From the NCBI RefSeq assembly GCF_022539665.2, contig NC_081331.1, positions 186,001 through 250,000 of the forward strand: 64,000 nucleotides of DNA. Direction: 5' to 3'. The notes below the pieces were generated by a model, which was given only the letters and a program-made list of their open reading frames with translations, searched no databases and was not told where the DNA came from. The DNA comes from Daphnia carinata. Taxonomy: Eukaryota. Below, piece after piece: positions 13,964 through 26,800 of this stretch (within the stretch, counting starts at the first letter, position 1; the number at the start of each line of letters is the position of its first letter). The position numbers were made by a program, and so were the translations under genes.

Positions 13964-15936
13964 GGGCAAGACCAAACGAATCAAAGAAGAGCGAGAATTA
14001 TGGCGTGCGTGTCCAGGCTCTGAAAATCGTTTGGCCTTTTTTTTTTTTTTCGACCTTATATTATTACAACTGCTGTAGATGATGGTGGCTTCTCTTGTCC
14101 GTCGTCCACGTCGATCTACTAGTGTCGACTAGTCGAATTTACTCTACATTATATTGCCCCTTTTAACTTTGACCCCCCCCACCCCCCCGCTCTGAAACTC
14201 GGCTACTTTGTTGTGACCTTTTTGGCCTTTGCTCTTGTTCGCCAGTCACGTAACGCAAGGACAGCATTTTGTGGCCGTTCAAGTGTCTGCCCAATTGACT
14301 CTCGAATTCCTTTGAAAAGAAAAAAAGAAAAAAAGAAAAGCCGAACAAAAAATGGTGACTATGACTAATCAAGTCATCGAAAAGGAAAAAGAAAAAAAAA
14401 AAAAAAGCGGCTTGCAATTAGGAGCGGGGACAAAGAAGCTTTTGACGTAACGTATACGACAAATTCAACTGGGCTGAAAATCATTCGATGATGAATGCGG
14501 TGCGTTCGCTCTTGCGACGCTGACAAGGAAGCGACGGAGAAAAGAAAAAATGAAAACGCGCTGCGTTCACACAACGATAGCGTCGCCCTAGAAAAGCCAA
14601 CGAATTGCTCGTGTTTGTGCGTGGCCCCCCGTTTGCAGAGTTTAGCGAGTGTGACAGCAAACGAACGGGCTTCGCATGTATCTCTGTCGCCAGTCGAGCG
14701 AAAAGAGACAAACACGCTGAATTGTTTTACATTATTAGACACATGTATAGGAGGAGAGAGAGAACGATAGTTACGCCTACTAGCCGATACAATGAAGCTC
14801 TTCGGCTTCGCTTGCGCACCAATCAATTAGACTAATGATTTCAAAGCTTCTGGTGCAACACCAAGGGAAGGCGAGACAAAAGAATCTCGACAAAAGCAAA
14901 GGCAATCTAATATGGAACCCGATATTGCGAGAGAGAGAGAAAAAAAAAAAAAGAAGCATGCAACAGGGATGCCATGTTAGTTGTTGGTCAATCGCTATTT
15001 TGAGGGGGGTGGGTGGGTGATTAGAAAGAAGATGCATGCGTTTGATAGACGAGCGAAAAAAGATAAACAGTGGGCACGTTAGTTGCATCAAAGACGTTCG
15101 TATACAAACAGCGTTAAAACTAGACTGTTGTATATCAATTAACACAAAGGCGCCTTATCGAGTTTTGAGAAACTACCCACAAAAATAAAGAGTTTTTAAG
15201 ACGTGAATCGTTGATTGAATTGCATTCGTTTTATTCTTTTCTAGCCGATTTCCTTAAAAAAAAGGAATAAAGAAATGCATAAATGGGTCTGGAGGGAAAT
15301 GACGAGCATGAGACTCGAATCAAATGGGAGAAAACGATAGAGGAAAACGTTTTTTCTTTGAAATCCATTAGAAACATTGTGACCTGATGTCGTGTGGCAG
15401 ACTCTCGTTCGTCGTGTCACGAAATCTTTTTTTTTTTTTTTTTTTTTAGAGACACCAAAGAATTCGATCCCTACGATAGCCAATTTATGTACATCTTCTC
15501 CACACATGCCAATCTTAAGTCTCATGGCGGCCCATCTTTTCCTTGTCATCAACGTTCTCGTATTTTTTCTGATGAAGATGAAAAGATGAAACATGAAAAA
15601 GATGAGTCACCAATTGAAGCGTTTTCAAAATAGTGACCGTGATGGGGAAAGCGCCGATAAAGTCATTTGAAACCGAACGTGAATTTCGATCGCGTCATCT
15701 AGGCACGATTACCCAAAGCTTTTTCTTCTTTTATTTGATGAACAAATAAAACAAAAATAAAATAAAATAAAGAAAAATCAATAAATATGAAAAGCTCGCT
15801 CTCCTCATATCTCATTCATTCCCCCTATTCAATGAAGCAATTTGAAATGTCAAAACGGGTCAAGACCTATTGGCTTCGAGACAAAGGGGGGGGGGGGGGG
15901 GGGTCACAAACCGAACATCAACCGCTCGTGTCGTGT

Positions 15937-15950
15937 GTCACTATGGTTAC
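15937..15950. promoter_or_regulatory. RFX X-box-like element
   Basis: GTCACTATGGTTAC (reverse GTAACCATAGTGAC) is one mismatch from GTNRCC-N(0-3)-RGYAAC and lies ~500 bp upstream of the ATG of a ciliary-gene homologue. Confidence 0.55.
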
Positions 15951-16451
15951 CCCCGAACGATTGTTGAGTCGAACTATTGAACAATTTCTCTCGTTCCTCC
16001 CCCACCTTCCCTCGTCCCAGACGGTTATTTGGTTATGGCGTATTCCCCCTTCGTGGTTCGATGAAAAAGAACAAAAAAAAAAAACAAAAAAAAACAAATA
16101 AAAATCGTTTTTAGGGGTGCACAGGACGGATAGCGGCAGTCCACCTTACTCGGTCAACGCTTTTTTAGCTGGTACTAGTCGCCTTTTGTAACGACGACGA
16201 CGACGACGACATCGAATGAACGCGTCCCTAGTCTCCTCTCCGTCTTTTGTGATTCCGTGCCTCACCTTCATTAACCGCATACGCAAATTACTGACTGGTG
16301 CAAAAACCATTGTTAGCACATCCACACACACACACCCCCAGCCAATGGAGCCGAGTTTCATCTGATTAAGTCGCCAGTTTCTGCATGTGTGTGTCGTGTC
16401 GTGTCGTGTCGTGTAAGAGTTGGTTTGTCTTTATCGTTCGATTGGCCGGAA

Positions 16452-19400
16452 ATGAAAGAAGCAGATGGTGCACCGTCGACGCCATCAGCAATGAAAACGC
16501 GTAGCAACAGCGGCGCTGGATTGGCTGGCGTCGAAGCCATTTTCTTGAGCTCAGCCGATCCGGATGAAGGAACGGGTGGCGAGAAGACGTCCGTCGTCAC
16601 CCAAGAGCTTTGGAGGCAAAAACACGCGCAAGAGGAAGAGGAAGCGGAACGCACGAAGAAACAGCAGCATTCGACCAACAAGCCAAAACAACAGCAATCA
16701 GCTGATGACGTGTCGCAAAAACAGGACCAAACGAAAGCCAAGGATGACAAACGAGTATCGAACAAACAAGCAGCCGAACAACCTGCTGCATCGACGTCGT
16801 CAGGGAAACGATCCAAACACAAACAACAACAACACGCGAGAGACGAAGCGCAAGAGTTCGACAATCAAAACATCAACGGCCGCAATTCGTTGAGGAAGAC
16901 GCGATCTGTGACGGACGTCGATGGAGAACGCGAGAGCCAGGCCTCGTCGGCCGCTTCGTCGGCCACGGCCCGGCGCGGAGGTCGTCGCATGAGCATCTCC
17001 GTTGCGGGCGCCCATCATCAATACTCGATGGGCTCATCTTCGAGGGATTCGTCCCGACGCAGCAGCGCCGCCAGCATCGTCATTTCCATATCGAGGCCAG
17101 ATTCGCCATTGCCGCACCTCATCCAGCGGATAGGCGAAGAAACGCTATCGATCGAATTTTTAAGGTTCAGACGAACGGCCAAAGTTGTTCATTCGGCCTC
17201 GAAATTCCGCCACCCGCACATCGTCGTCCAAGCGCCCGACGGCACGACCAACGCCAACATGAGCAGCGAAGAGACGGCCGCAAACCTCATCCGCATGCAC
17301 AAGGAGCGCAGGAGTTCCATGCCGACCGTCCCGCGTTTAGACTTGAAGGAAGAAAACGAAAAGGACAGCCGCAAACAAAAGAAGAACAAAGACGGTTCGT
17401 TGGCTACGACCAACAAGCGTTTAACCGACGGCCAACAGACCCGACGAAATAGACGTCGTCGTTCCAGCACTGGATCCAGCATACAGGGTTTCTACATGCC
17501 GGCCAGTAGGCCATCGTCTGCTATGGCAGCCGATGCGGCCGCAATCGATGCCGCGTCACGGCCGTCCTCAGCCGCTACCATCGTCCAACTGGGCAAATTA
17601 TCGAGACCGTGGACGCCGGCCCGATCGCCTTCGCCCGCCTCGGGAACCGGTTCGGCCAACCGATACGGCGCTGGAAGCCGAAACTTCTTTCGCAGCCGCA
17701 CTCCGACATCCATGGCGGCTCCGTTGCAAGCGCTCAACAGCAAAGTCAACAACATTCTGGGATGCGCTTCCAACATTCTCGATTTCTATCACCTCAGGCC
17801 GGACATCAAGAAAGAGCCGGATCAACGTCGTCAACACCGTCTGCTCAAATCGATGAAAATGAACGAAGCGGCTAAAAAAATCGAAAAGGAAGACACTGCC
17901 CAATCACGGCTGATAAAATTTCGTAGAAAAGCCGGCCAGGGCAATCCGGCGGATAAATTGAAAGACGTTAAACACGTGATGAAATCAGCCAGTCAGCCGA
18001 TGGCACCGGCACCGGCGGCAGGGCTACTCGCTAAGAAACAAGAGGGTACGCAAAAGCCGGCAAAAGCTGGCAAAGGCAATGCTAAAGAAAAGGTGGCCGC
18101 ACCGAAAACGGCCAAACCGATCCAAGAGCCGGCCAACGAGAAAAAGGCGAAAACACAAGACGACAAGAGAAAGCCAAAGGCCGACAGGGAAACGTCAAAG
18201 AGCAACACGAAACTGCCAATGCTGTCGGCGTCAATGACGGCCACTCAAAAAGCTCTCGACAGTATGTCGCTCCATCCGGGCACAAACAACAAAACGGCCC
18301 TGGGCAATTTGGCCGTTACGGCCGGTGGGGGTTCGTGCGTGTCCCTCAATTCGGCCGTTTCTTCGCACTCGTCGGGCGCTGATTCTCAACTGAAAGGCGT
18401 GCCCCTATTGAAATCGATGATGCAAAAGCAAAAGGCCAAAACGGCCGTCGTGGCAGCCGTCGCATTTTCGGGCAAATCATCGACATCGTCGATGACCAAA
18501 TTCCGAATCAAAAAAGTCATGAAAATGGCCAAAACGGCCGGACTCGTTGCCCGTCGAAAGCCCATCAATTCCAACAGTCAATCGACGCAAAACAACGCGA
18601 ACAATCAAGGCCCGCCGACCTTAGTCAATTTCTTCAAGCGCAGCAATCGGACCAACAACGCAGACAGTCGCATCCCCATCAAGTACGAGACGTTTACGGA
18701 CAAGGACCGAGCGGCCGCCGTCCTGCTGGGCGACGCCGATATCAAAACGACACTGGAAAAGCAATTGAAAAGCGGTACTTGCTTCTATGGCCCCCAACAT
18801 AAAACGCATTTTTTTTTTGTTTTTTTGTTTTTTTGTTTTTTTAAATTGAAAATCAAATGAGACATACGAAATTTTCTTTTTTCAAGAAAGAGGTCGTTAC
18901 GTCTTGCCCAAAGAGAGCCCGGCACAAGTTTATCTGGCGCAGGCAGATTTCGAGATGCGCATCGGCGGATTGGCCACGGCCAAAACTTTACTCAACAAGG
19001 TTCCCTAAAACTACAATGCAGCGCTATTCATTTGTTTTGATCGTTTATTCGCCTTTTGATGTATGTCGATTTACGTAAAATTATCATCAACATTTTTTTT
19101 GTTTTTTTTGTTTTGTTTTTTTGTTTTTTTTTTCCAAAAAAAACGACGACAGGCATTGGAATTACAACCGGGAGATAAAAATGCCTTGTGTTCACGGTCC
19201 CGCTGCCGATTGCAAATGGGAGACACCAAGGGAGCCCTGGACGATGCAGAGGAAGCTCTGACTCACGACAGTTGCTACGTCAGAGGTCAGTACCTGATAA
19301 TTACATACGTACATTTGAAAATACGGAAGAATGCAATCAATTGTGTTTGGTATGGAAAGCTACGTATCAAAAGGCCGAAGTTCTCTACCAAATGGGCCGA

Positions 19401-21209
19401 TTCGAAGAGGCGTTGGTCTTTTATCACATGGGCTGTAAACAACGGCCGGACATGGAGCTGTTCCACCAAGGTGTTCGCAAGGCCCAAGAAGCCATCGAAA
19501 TTTCTTTAGGAGGTAACATCATAATGATAAGACCGGCTCAATAAAGCAATCAATTCTCCCTTGATGTGTGTGCGTGAAAATAGTCAAACAGCCTACGCTG
19601 CATCAACAACAACAGTATCGCAGCACCACGTCGAGCAGTAAAAGAAATACAACGTGGGCCGGGGGATCTCGATTGCCACCACTCGGCAAGGCCAACAACG
19701 GCCACCAAATGAATCCGTTTAGTCAACAACTGGAGCAGCGACTATGGCCAGCAGGACCGACCACTCATCGAGACTCCTCTCTGCTCGGAGACCTTCACGT
19801 CGACAAGATCTACCTGGAAAGGTTACTCGAAAATCCAGGTACCTTCGGCGATTGCCTAGGCCCATATAAAATGAGCCTCGTCATGAGTTATATGCTGGAC
19901 ACGTAAAAAGCCCTATAATCATATAACGGGTATCATGTTAACGCTCTCGATTGCAGGGTTACACAATCAGAGCGTGCCCAGTCAGAAAATCATCCATCAC
20001 GCCAAAGAGACGCTGGAATACTTGAAGGCCAGGGAGAATTTCTGGAAACAGCAACAGCCGTTCCAGATTATTTATCCAAAAGAAAGGACCAAAATCAAAA
20101 CGGTACCCCCCCCCCTTCTCTCTTCCAAACCCCCGCGAAAAAAAAAAAAAAATTCAAAACAATGTCTTTATTTCAAACAGCATCGACGACGACGCATCCC
20201 TTCGTCCAATGGCAACACGACATCGACCGAAGACTCTGGAACCAAACAATCAGAGAGCGTGAGTAGCAGTCACGAGAGCGGTGGTGGTAACACCAGTGGC
20301 AATAGCACTAGCCGTTTAGAGGGAGAGGAGTCTTCATCATCGGGAGCTTCGACGGAAAGAGGAGAGCCATCGAACGTGCGCTGCTCATCGGAGGAAGTGT
20401 CGCGCATTTTAGCCGTTGCGGCCGAAGAAGATGAATGCAACGATAACGAAGAGTTGGAAGAATGGCGGCAAGTCCTCGACGACATGAGTCAATGTAAATG
20501 CGGCGCTCTTTTATGTTATCAAGAATTATTGATCAAGAATTTATTATGTGCCACGCACAGGCATGGAAAAGGAGCAATGCGTCGACGTCTTTCTAGCCAA
20601 ATGTTGCGCGTGGGCAAAAGACGAGGATTTGACTAGCGAAATCGAAGCGAAAATGAGTTTAATGCGATTACACGGCGAGCAACAGAACCAATGCAAAGAC
20701 GATGGAAATACCAACGAAAAAACGCATTTGGCCATTGAAATGGCCGCACTTTACTTGGGTGAGTTTCGAGTTCACCGCGTACATTGAGTCACACAAGAAC
20801 ACAGAGTTTCGCGTAACATCTAAAGTTTCATACGTTTATGCTTATCCTCAATAACCTGCTGGGCATGAACGGGCGCGCAGCCAATGGCCAACAAGAGTTG
20901 TCCAAAAGTTCCGCTCAACAGGGTTTAGCGTTGGCCGAAATGACGGGCGATGCGTGCGCTCTCTTGCAACTTTGGCTCCTCATGGCCGCCATAGAAGGTC
21001 AGACTTGATTGCCATCAATTGATCGATTGCATGTCATGAAAAAAATGTTTTTCTTTAACGCAGCATCGAACGGCAATGTGGACAATGTCGCAACCTGTTT
21101 GCTCAAAGCTCGGCGCATTTTCAACGGGGAAAATGAGCAGAACGAAAGAGAGGATCAAGTCGATCCCGACGAGGTCATCCACCCTGAAGAAGGTTTGAGC
21201 TTCAATTGA
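16452..21209 (+). CDS. TTC25: Tetratricopeptide repeat protein 25 / outer dynein arm docking complex subunit 4-like, ~1298 aa, with long low-complexity N-terminus
   Basis: Exons 16452-18774, 18887-18999, 19153-19285, 19360-19512, 19584-19838, 19957-20102, 20181-20493, 20561-20758, 20881-20997, 21064-21209; all GT-AG and phase-consistent. TTC25-type motifs: ALELQPGDKNALCSRSRCRLQMGD, QKAEVLYQMGRFEEALVFYH, GVRKAQEAI, LLGDLHVDKIYLERLL, YLKARENFWKQQQP. The exact start and last exon are less certain. Confidence 0.85.
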
Positions 21210-23787
21210 GTAGGCCATTCAAATCGTATGCACAAAGAGAGTGTGGTGGGAACGCCTAGAAAGGTATTCTTTTTTTTTTTTTCTTAAGGAGAAAAACGGT
21301 CAATGAAACGCGCTCTTTTGTTTAAAGACAAGCACCCAGCCTCCTCTAAAAGACGGTCGTTAGAAATAGATTCATCATTCTAAACGATTTGAATGTTTTT
21401 CCATATACACCGAAAAAGCCAGTCAATGAAGCTGTCAGCATTTCACATTCTCACGACGATTTAGCGCACATTTTTTTTTTTTTTTACATCACCTGACTTT
21501 CTCCCTCTTCTAATAAACAAAAAAAACAACAATTTTCAACTTAAAAAATAAAATTGTAGTGATCATCATGTTCCTCTTTTTTTCTTATTGAATGAAACGT
21601 TTCACTCGCACAATGTACACCTGATCGATTGCCGTTATAGATACAAGTAAACAATCAACAAATCAAACACCTTCCGCTCTGCATCTGAACATGAACACAA
21701 GATGATGTGGCACATATTTCACCCGCGGCGATGTGTTCCATGCCTGATGGAGTGAAAATGGCAGGTTACTTATTCATAGATTGCGTCCGTGTGCGTCATC
21801 GCATTTACAGACGACAACAGAAGCGCGTTGAACAACATTGACTATTACAAGGCGAATGAAGGATGAGAAGCGAGAACCGCCTCCCCCCCCCCCCAACTCC
21901 CGGGCCGATCCGTCATCACCATCAAACGGACGGAAAGGCGTCGACGTCGCCACGGTTTGCCGCTTCGGAGGAATGCAAGAATTTATTACATTGATTCGAA
22001 TATATAAGAAAGAAAAAAAAAAAATACGGCTAGTGAAAGAAGGCGATGATATAGAAAGTATCTTTTCATTTATATTCTATTCTCCCCCCTTTTTCTCTAT
22101 TCTCATCAATTCCAAAAATACACACAGACATCACACACAAAAGGGAAACAAACCCCGGACGGGCCGACGACCATGACATAGACGTATCGGCCATGGCAAG
22201 TCTCGTGTAACGGCGTCCAGCCAAGTATAACATGAAAAGCTCTCTCTATCCTCTTAAACCTCCCTGATCAATGGGTATCAAAAAGAATTACAAGAAAAAA
22301 AAAAAAAAAAAACGAACAAAAATGAAATTGCTCAATGACGTACGCAATACCTTTTTTTTTTTTCGTACCTACGCATCACGTTTTTTTTTTTTTTTTTTTA
22401 TGCAACCGAGTTTTCATTCATTTGAATTGGGAAATGCATCTAGAAAATTTCCCACCACAAAACAGCAGAGATGTAGTTGACCTTTTTTTTTCACTATGAA
22501 TGATTAACGAGTATGGTACTAATCAATGGCCTCTCTCCCCCCCCCTCTGTAAATGCTTGGGCTTGACGAGGACTCATTAACAAACTGCGCTTCCCCCCTT
22601 TCGTGTTTTCTATTCTATTCTTTTTTTTTTTTTTTTACTACACTCTTGTGATGGAGAAACGTGGTGGGGCAATTCTCTTTTCGCCAGCCTCCGGAAGTTC
22701 CATCGCAGTGCCTTTTCCCTTTTTTTTTGTTTTTTTTTTTTCTTTTTAGCAAATTTGGTTTTTTAAGGCACCTGAAGTAAGAACATAAAGAGAAAAAAAA
22801 AAAAAGGGGTGTATGTACAAAGCAACATAGATTTTTTTTTTGTAGCTCGTACTACTAAATGCTGCAATTGCAAAAGGGGGGACACACACAAAATGGAAGG
22901 GGGAAATTCGAACAGTTCCCTAGTTTTGAACGTTTGGCATGAAACTCGATCCTATCCTTATCAGATGACAATGTGCGTGTGGCGTGCGAGGAATCGATAT
23001 GCCATCGAAGACATGTGGTAGTATTGCGTCTCGGCCAACAATGGACGGTTCGACGGGCGAATGACCCTTTTTAATGACTAAACAATGGAAAAAAAAAAAA
23101 AAAAAGGCCGATTCGCTCAAACTCATCCGTCAATGTCGAATTGTAGAAATTTAAGACGATCGTGCCGAGAGCTGATCTGCTTTCAATACCGCCACACAGC
23201 GAGCGCTATACGACATTCTGCTACACACATGTACACACCAACACCGCCGGTGGTACATTCGGGTTCATTCGATCACGGCCCAGTGCATGTGGGGTAGTAA
23301 AGCTACACCAGCCACTGTGTGTGTGTGTGTGTAGTTTATTCATTCAAAATTGAATTTCGGGTTCAATTCTAGTCAAGATTTCATTATACGAGTGGTGGAA
23401 TTGCAATTTTATTGGAGGTGCTATGCAACAACCAAATACAAGATAGGATCGGAAATGAGGGGGGGGGGGGAACAAAACGACCATCCAACACTCTTTTTAT
23501 ACGACTCTGACCCTACTATTTCGTACGTTCAAGTGTCTATATTTTCTTAAAGACTGTAAAACCATTTAATCGACGGGTAACATGTCGAAAAGGACAAACA
23601 CTACCCAAGGCATTTGATAGGCCCTTCCATAAGTAACAAGGGATACAAGCACAGTCATACAGCCTGTTCCAGTTTGGTCCCTTAAAAAAAAAAAACCCTG
23701 CAATAAATAAAAGGTTCTCTTTTTTTTTCGCTTGTAGGCCATCGTTCGTAGATGTTCAACTAGCGTAACCAAAACCCACCGTACACG

Positions 23788-23836
<49 letters not shown>

Positions 23837-26800
23837 AAGAGAGGTAGTCCGTATGGGGCTGAACTTTTAAAAAGGCCTATGTGTGCATGGGACGATAGAC
23901 ACAAGAGATACGGGGCTACCAAATTTATAGACATAGTTAGCGTTGGGTCTGGTTAAATAGCTATTCGAGCTTCCGTTTTGCTTCCGGCCAACGTTTTTCT
24001 TTAGTCTATTTTTATTGGACATTTAAAAAAAGGAGTTTTCCTGCTGTACAAACCGATTTTTGAAAGAAGCGCTGCGTGAAAGGCTGACGGACGAGCACAT
24101 TTTCAGAACGGCCGGATAGAAATGGACACAATAAACCACAAACATAAAGCGCAATGTTTAAATAGAAAAATGCTTTAGAAAAATTTAAAAAAAAAATTGC
24201 GTCCTTTCAAAAATTGGTCAGTTCTGACTTTTGGTCTAGTTGTTCTAGTACGAGTGACACTCTACTAGTATAGGTGACGGTGGTAGTGTGGGTGGAGGGG
24301 CATTCTCAAGTGGGAAACGACGAAAGGACCCTAACCTGACCTACTCCTCCCCCATTGTTCTAGCTCTAGTTTCTTTATCCCCCCTTTTTTTTTTACGATT
24401 CAAAAAGAAAATTAAAGGATTTCCCCTTTTTTGTTTTTACAACAAAAGGAAGAAGAAGAAAAAATGACCTGGAAAAAAAGAAGCAAGTTGATCAACCGTT
24501 TGACCCCGGCTTGTTTCCACCAGTGGGTGACAAAGACAGATGAGTCGTAAATCACAGGGAAATCCCCCGAGCCCATGACACATTACTGTCTTATTATCGG
24601 CTTATATATAGCGAGAGAGTCAGTATATATATATATATATATGCGCGCTATAGATATGCATAGATATACTGTACCCGAATACACGAATTGCATAGTTCAC
24701 CAGCTGATTCTACATTTCATTTGTACTAATCAAAAATATCGAAAATGTGACCAAGATTCATGGCAAAAAAAAAAAAAAAAAAATAGAAATGACCACGGTC
24801 AAACACCATTTTCAAAATTTCAATGGCCACGAAAGATTCAACTTGCAAACGTCAAGGCAAACAAAAGGTAAAGTGTAATGGCCATCTTTAAAAGCCAACG
24901 TGAACGACAAGAGACGAAACGATGGGAATCATGCGAAGAAAAAACCGACCTTTTTTTAGCGCTTCTATTCGTTTTGTTTTGTTCCTAAAGTTGGTGAATA
25001 TGACTCGGTCACAGCATCTGGCAAATCTTTGTTGAACAAAAGGTGTCGCTCGTTATTCGTTTACACGACAGTTTTACAACTGAACGAATGGGGAAAACCA
25101 TAAGGTAAAAAGAAAGGGCAATTCAAACATGGCTGCCAAGCGTATGAAGAATTTCAACATGTCAGCATGCACCAGCTAGATAAGCGTGCGTACTTGAAGA
25201 ACGATACCAACATGGACGACCTTCAGTATACTATCAAATGCTCAAAATAGGCATGCACCTTATTTTGAACTCTATAAAAACAAGGGCCCTGCTGCCCATG
25301 CTACAGGTCACTCGTATATGCGAACAAATAAACGGGGTGCATAGCCAGGTATAAACGCAGTGCCAGCATTATAAAAAAAAAAAAAAAACGGTTATAGCGT
25401 ATCTAATGCATTTAGCACAATTACCGATCCTCAGTTGGGTCACACACACGGCACAAACGGTTCAAAAAAAAAAAAACAAGGGACAAAGAAAAAAAAAAGG
25501 ACGGAAGGTAAACACGCTCCTTTCATTCCCAGATTGTTTGAAACACAAGTAGGAGGAGATGTGAGCAAAAGAAGGAGTGTAAGAACTAACAAGAAAAAAA
25601 AAAAAAAACTGTCCTTCCTCCACCTTATAAGATTGGGCAGAGCACAAGTAAAAGGAGGAGAATCTTGTTCGGCGTTTTTTTGGTTCGCTTTGTTTTAACC
25701 CCTGCCGGGACTGAGTTGGTATAGGTACTCTCATAAAGAACCGAATGTGACCTGCTTGTCCACTACGCGTAATACCTTACTACCTGTGCTAAGGGAACTG
25801 TGTAGACATTAAAAAAAAACAAAAAACAAGCGCAATGTAACAAACGAAGGAGGGAAGTTTAAAAAAAAAAAATATATTTCCCTCCCATTTTTATTCTTCA
25901 TTATACAACATGCAAAGTTTGTTCTCGTACGTCAATGCTGAAGAGGCTGATGGAGTCATTTGAACATTCATGCGCAGAGATAGCAAACGGACTAATCAAC
26001 TTTCAAATGAGGATTACCATCAATCAAAAATCGATTCAATAGCCAGCCCCACGTTGTGAAGTAAAAGTTGAATAAGAAAAAAAAAAAAAAAAAAACATGT
26101 GTACAATAAGAGCGATTGATGGCCATCAAATGCCTTCGTTTGCCGCATTCAAGAAAAAAAAAAGGGAATCCATCAAAAACGTCGGCATGGGAAGAAGCAA
26201 AGAGGGTAAAAAAAAGAAGCATGAAAAGCGACAGCATTCAATCGATGGTTATGTAGGAACTTGGATGACTTCCGATTTCCTACACGACTGCGCCTATAGA
26301 CGTTCGCATCCGAAAACGTCCGTTTCTTCTTGTTGTAAACGAGGCCCGGCATGAATGGCACAATGAGCAAGTGAAAGAAAACGAGCCATGAAAGCATCGA
26401 TTTCGAGTACAAAACAGGATATACGCTTCACATGTGCGGCCTCCCTTTTTTTTTAAGGCACAGTGGCAACGTCTTTTGACGCTATCCCATTTCATCTGCA
26501 ACATCGACTTTGGCGATTTTCAAAACTGATAAAAATCTATGGGGCAAAGTGCCATTTACAAGGTAAACTGAGCTAAGAAGGAACGCATCTTAGGCGTCGG
26601 CGGTGACAAGATACGACTGTTTAACCTGAATTTCGACATTTCCCCCTCACAATGAAAGAAAAATTAATCCTTAAATAAAAGAAAATGTTTAAACTTTTTC
26701 TTGTGCTTTAAAAAAAAAAACTGCGTTTCACAGTCAGAAGAGCTTGTTTCTTTCGTATGTTGAGCACACGAATCCCCCTTGTCTGCCTCATTCAATGTGT

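Noticed and set aside
23670..23900. Scattered short inverted matches around a ~40-nt poly-A run (fold-back or retrocopy tail)
   Set aside because: Arm spacings are inconsistent and no target-site duplication or parent sequence was seen.
24329..24343. CCCTAACCTGACCTA as a TTAGG telomerase template or telomeric relic
   Set aside because: Too short and mismatched, with no supporting promoter or structure.
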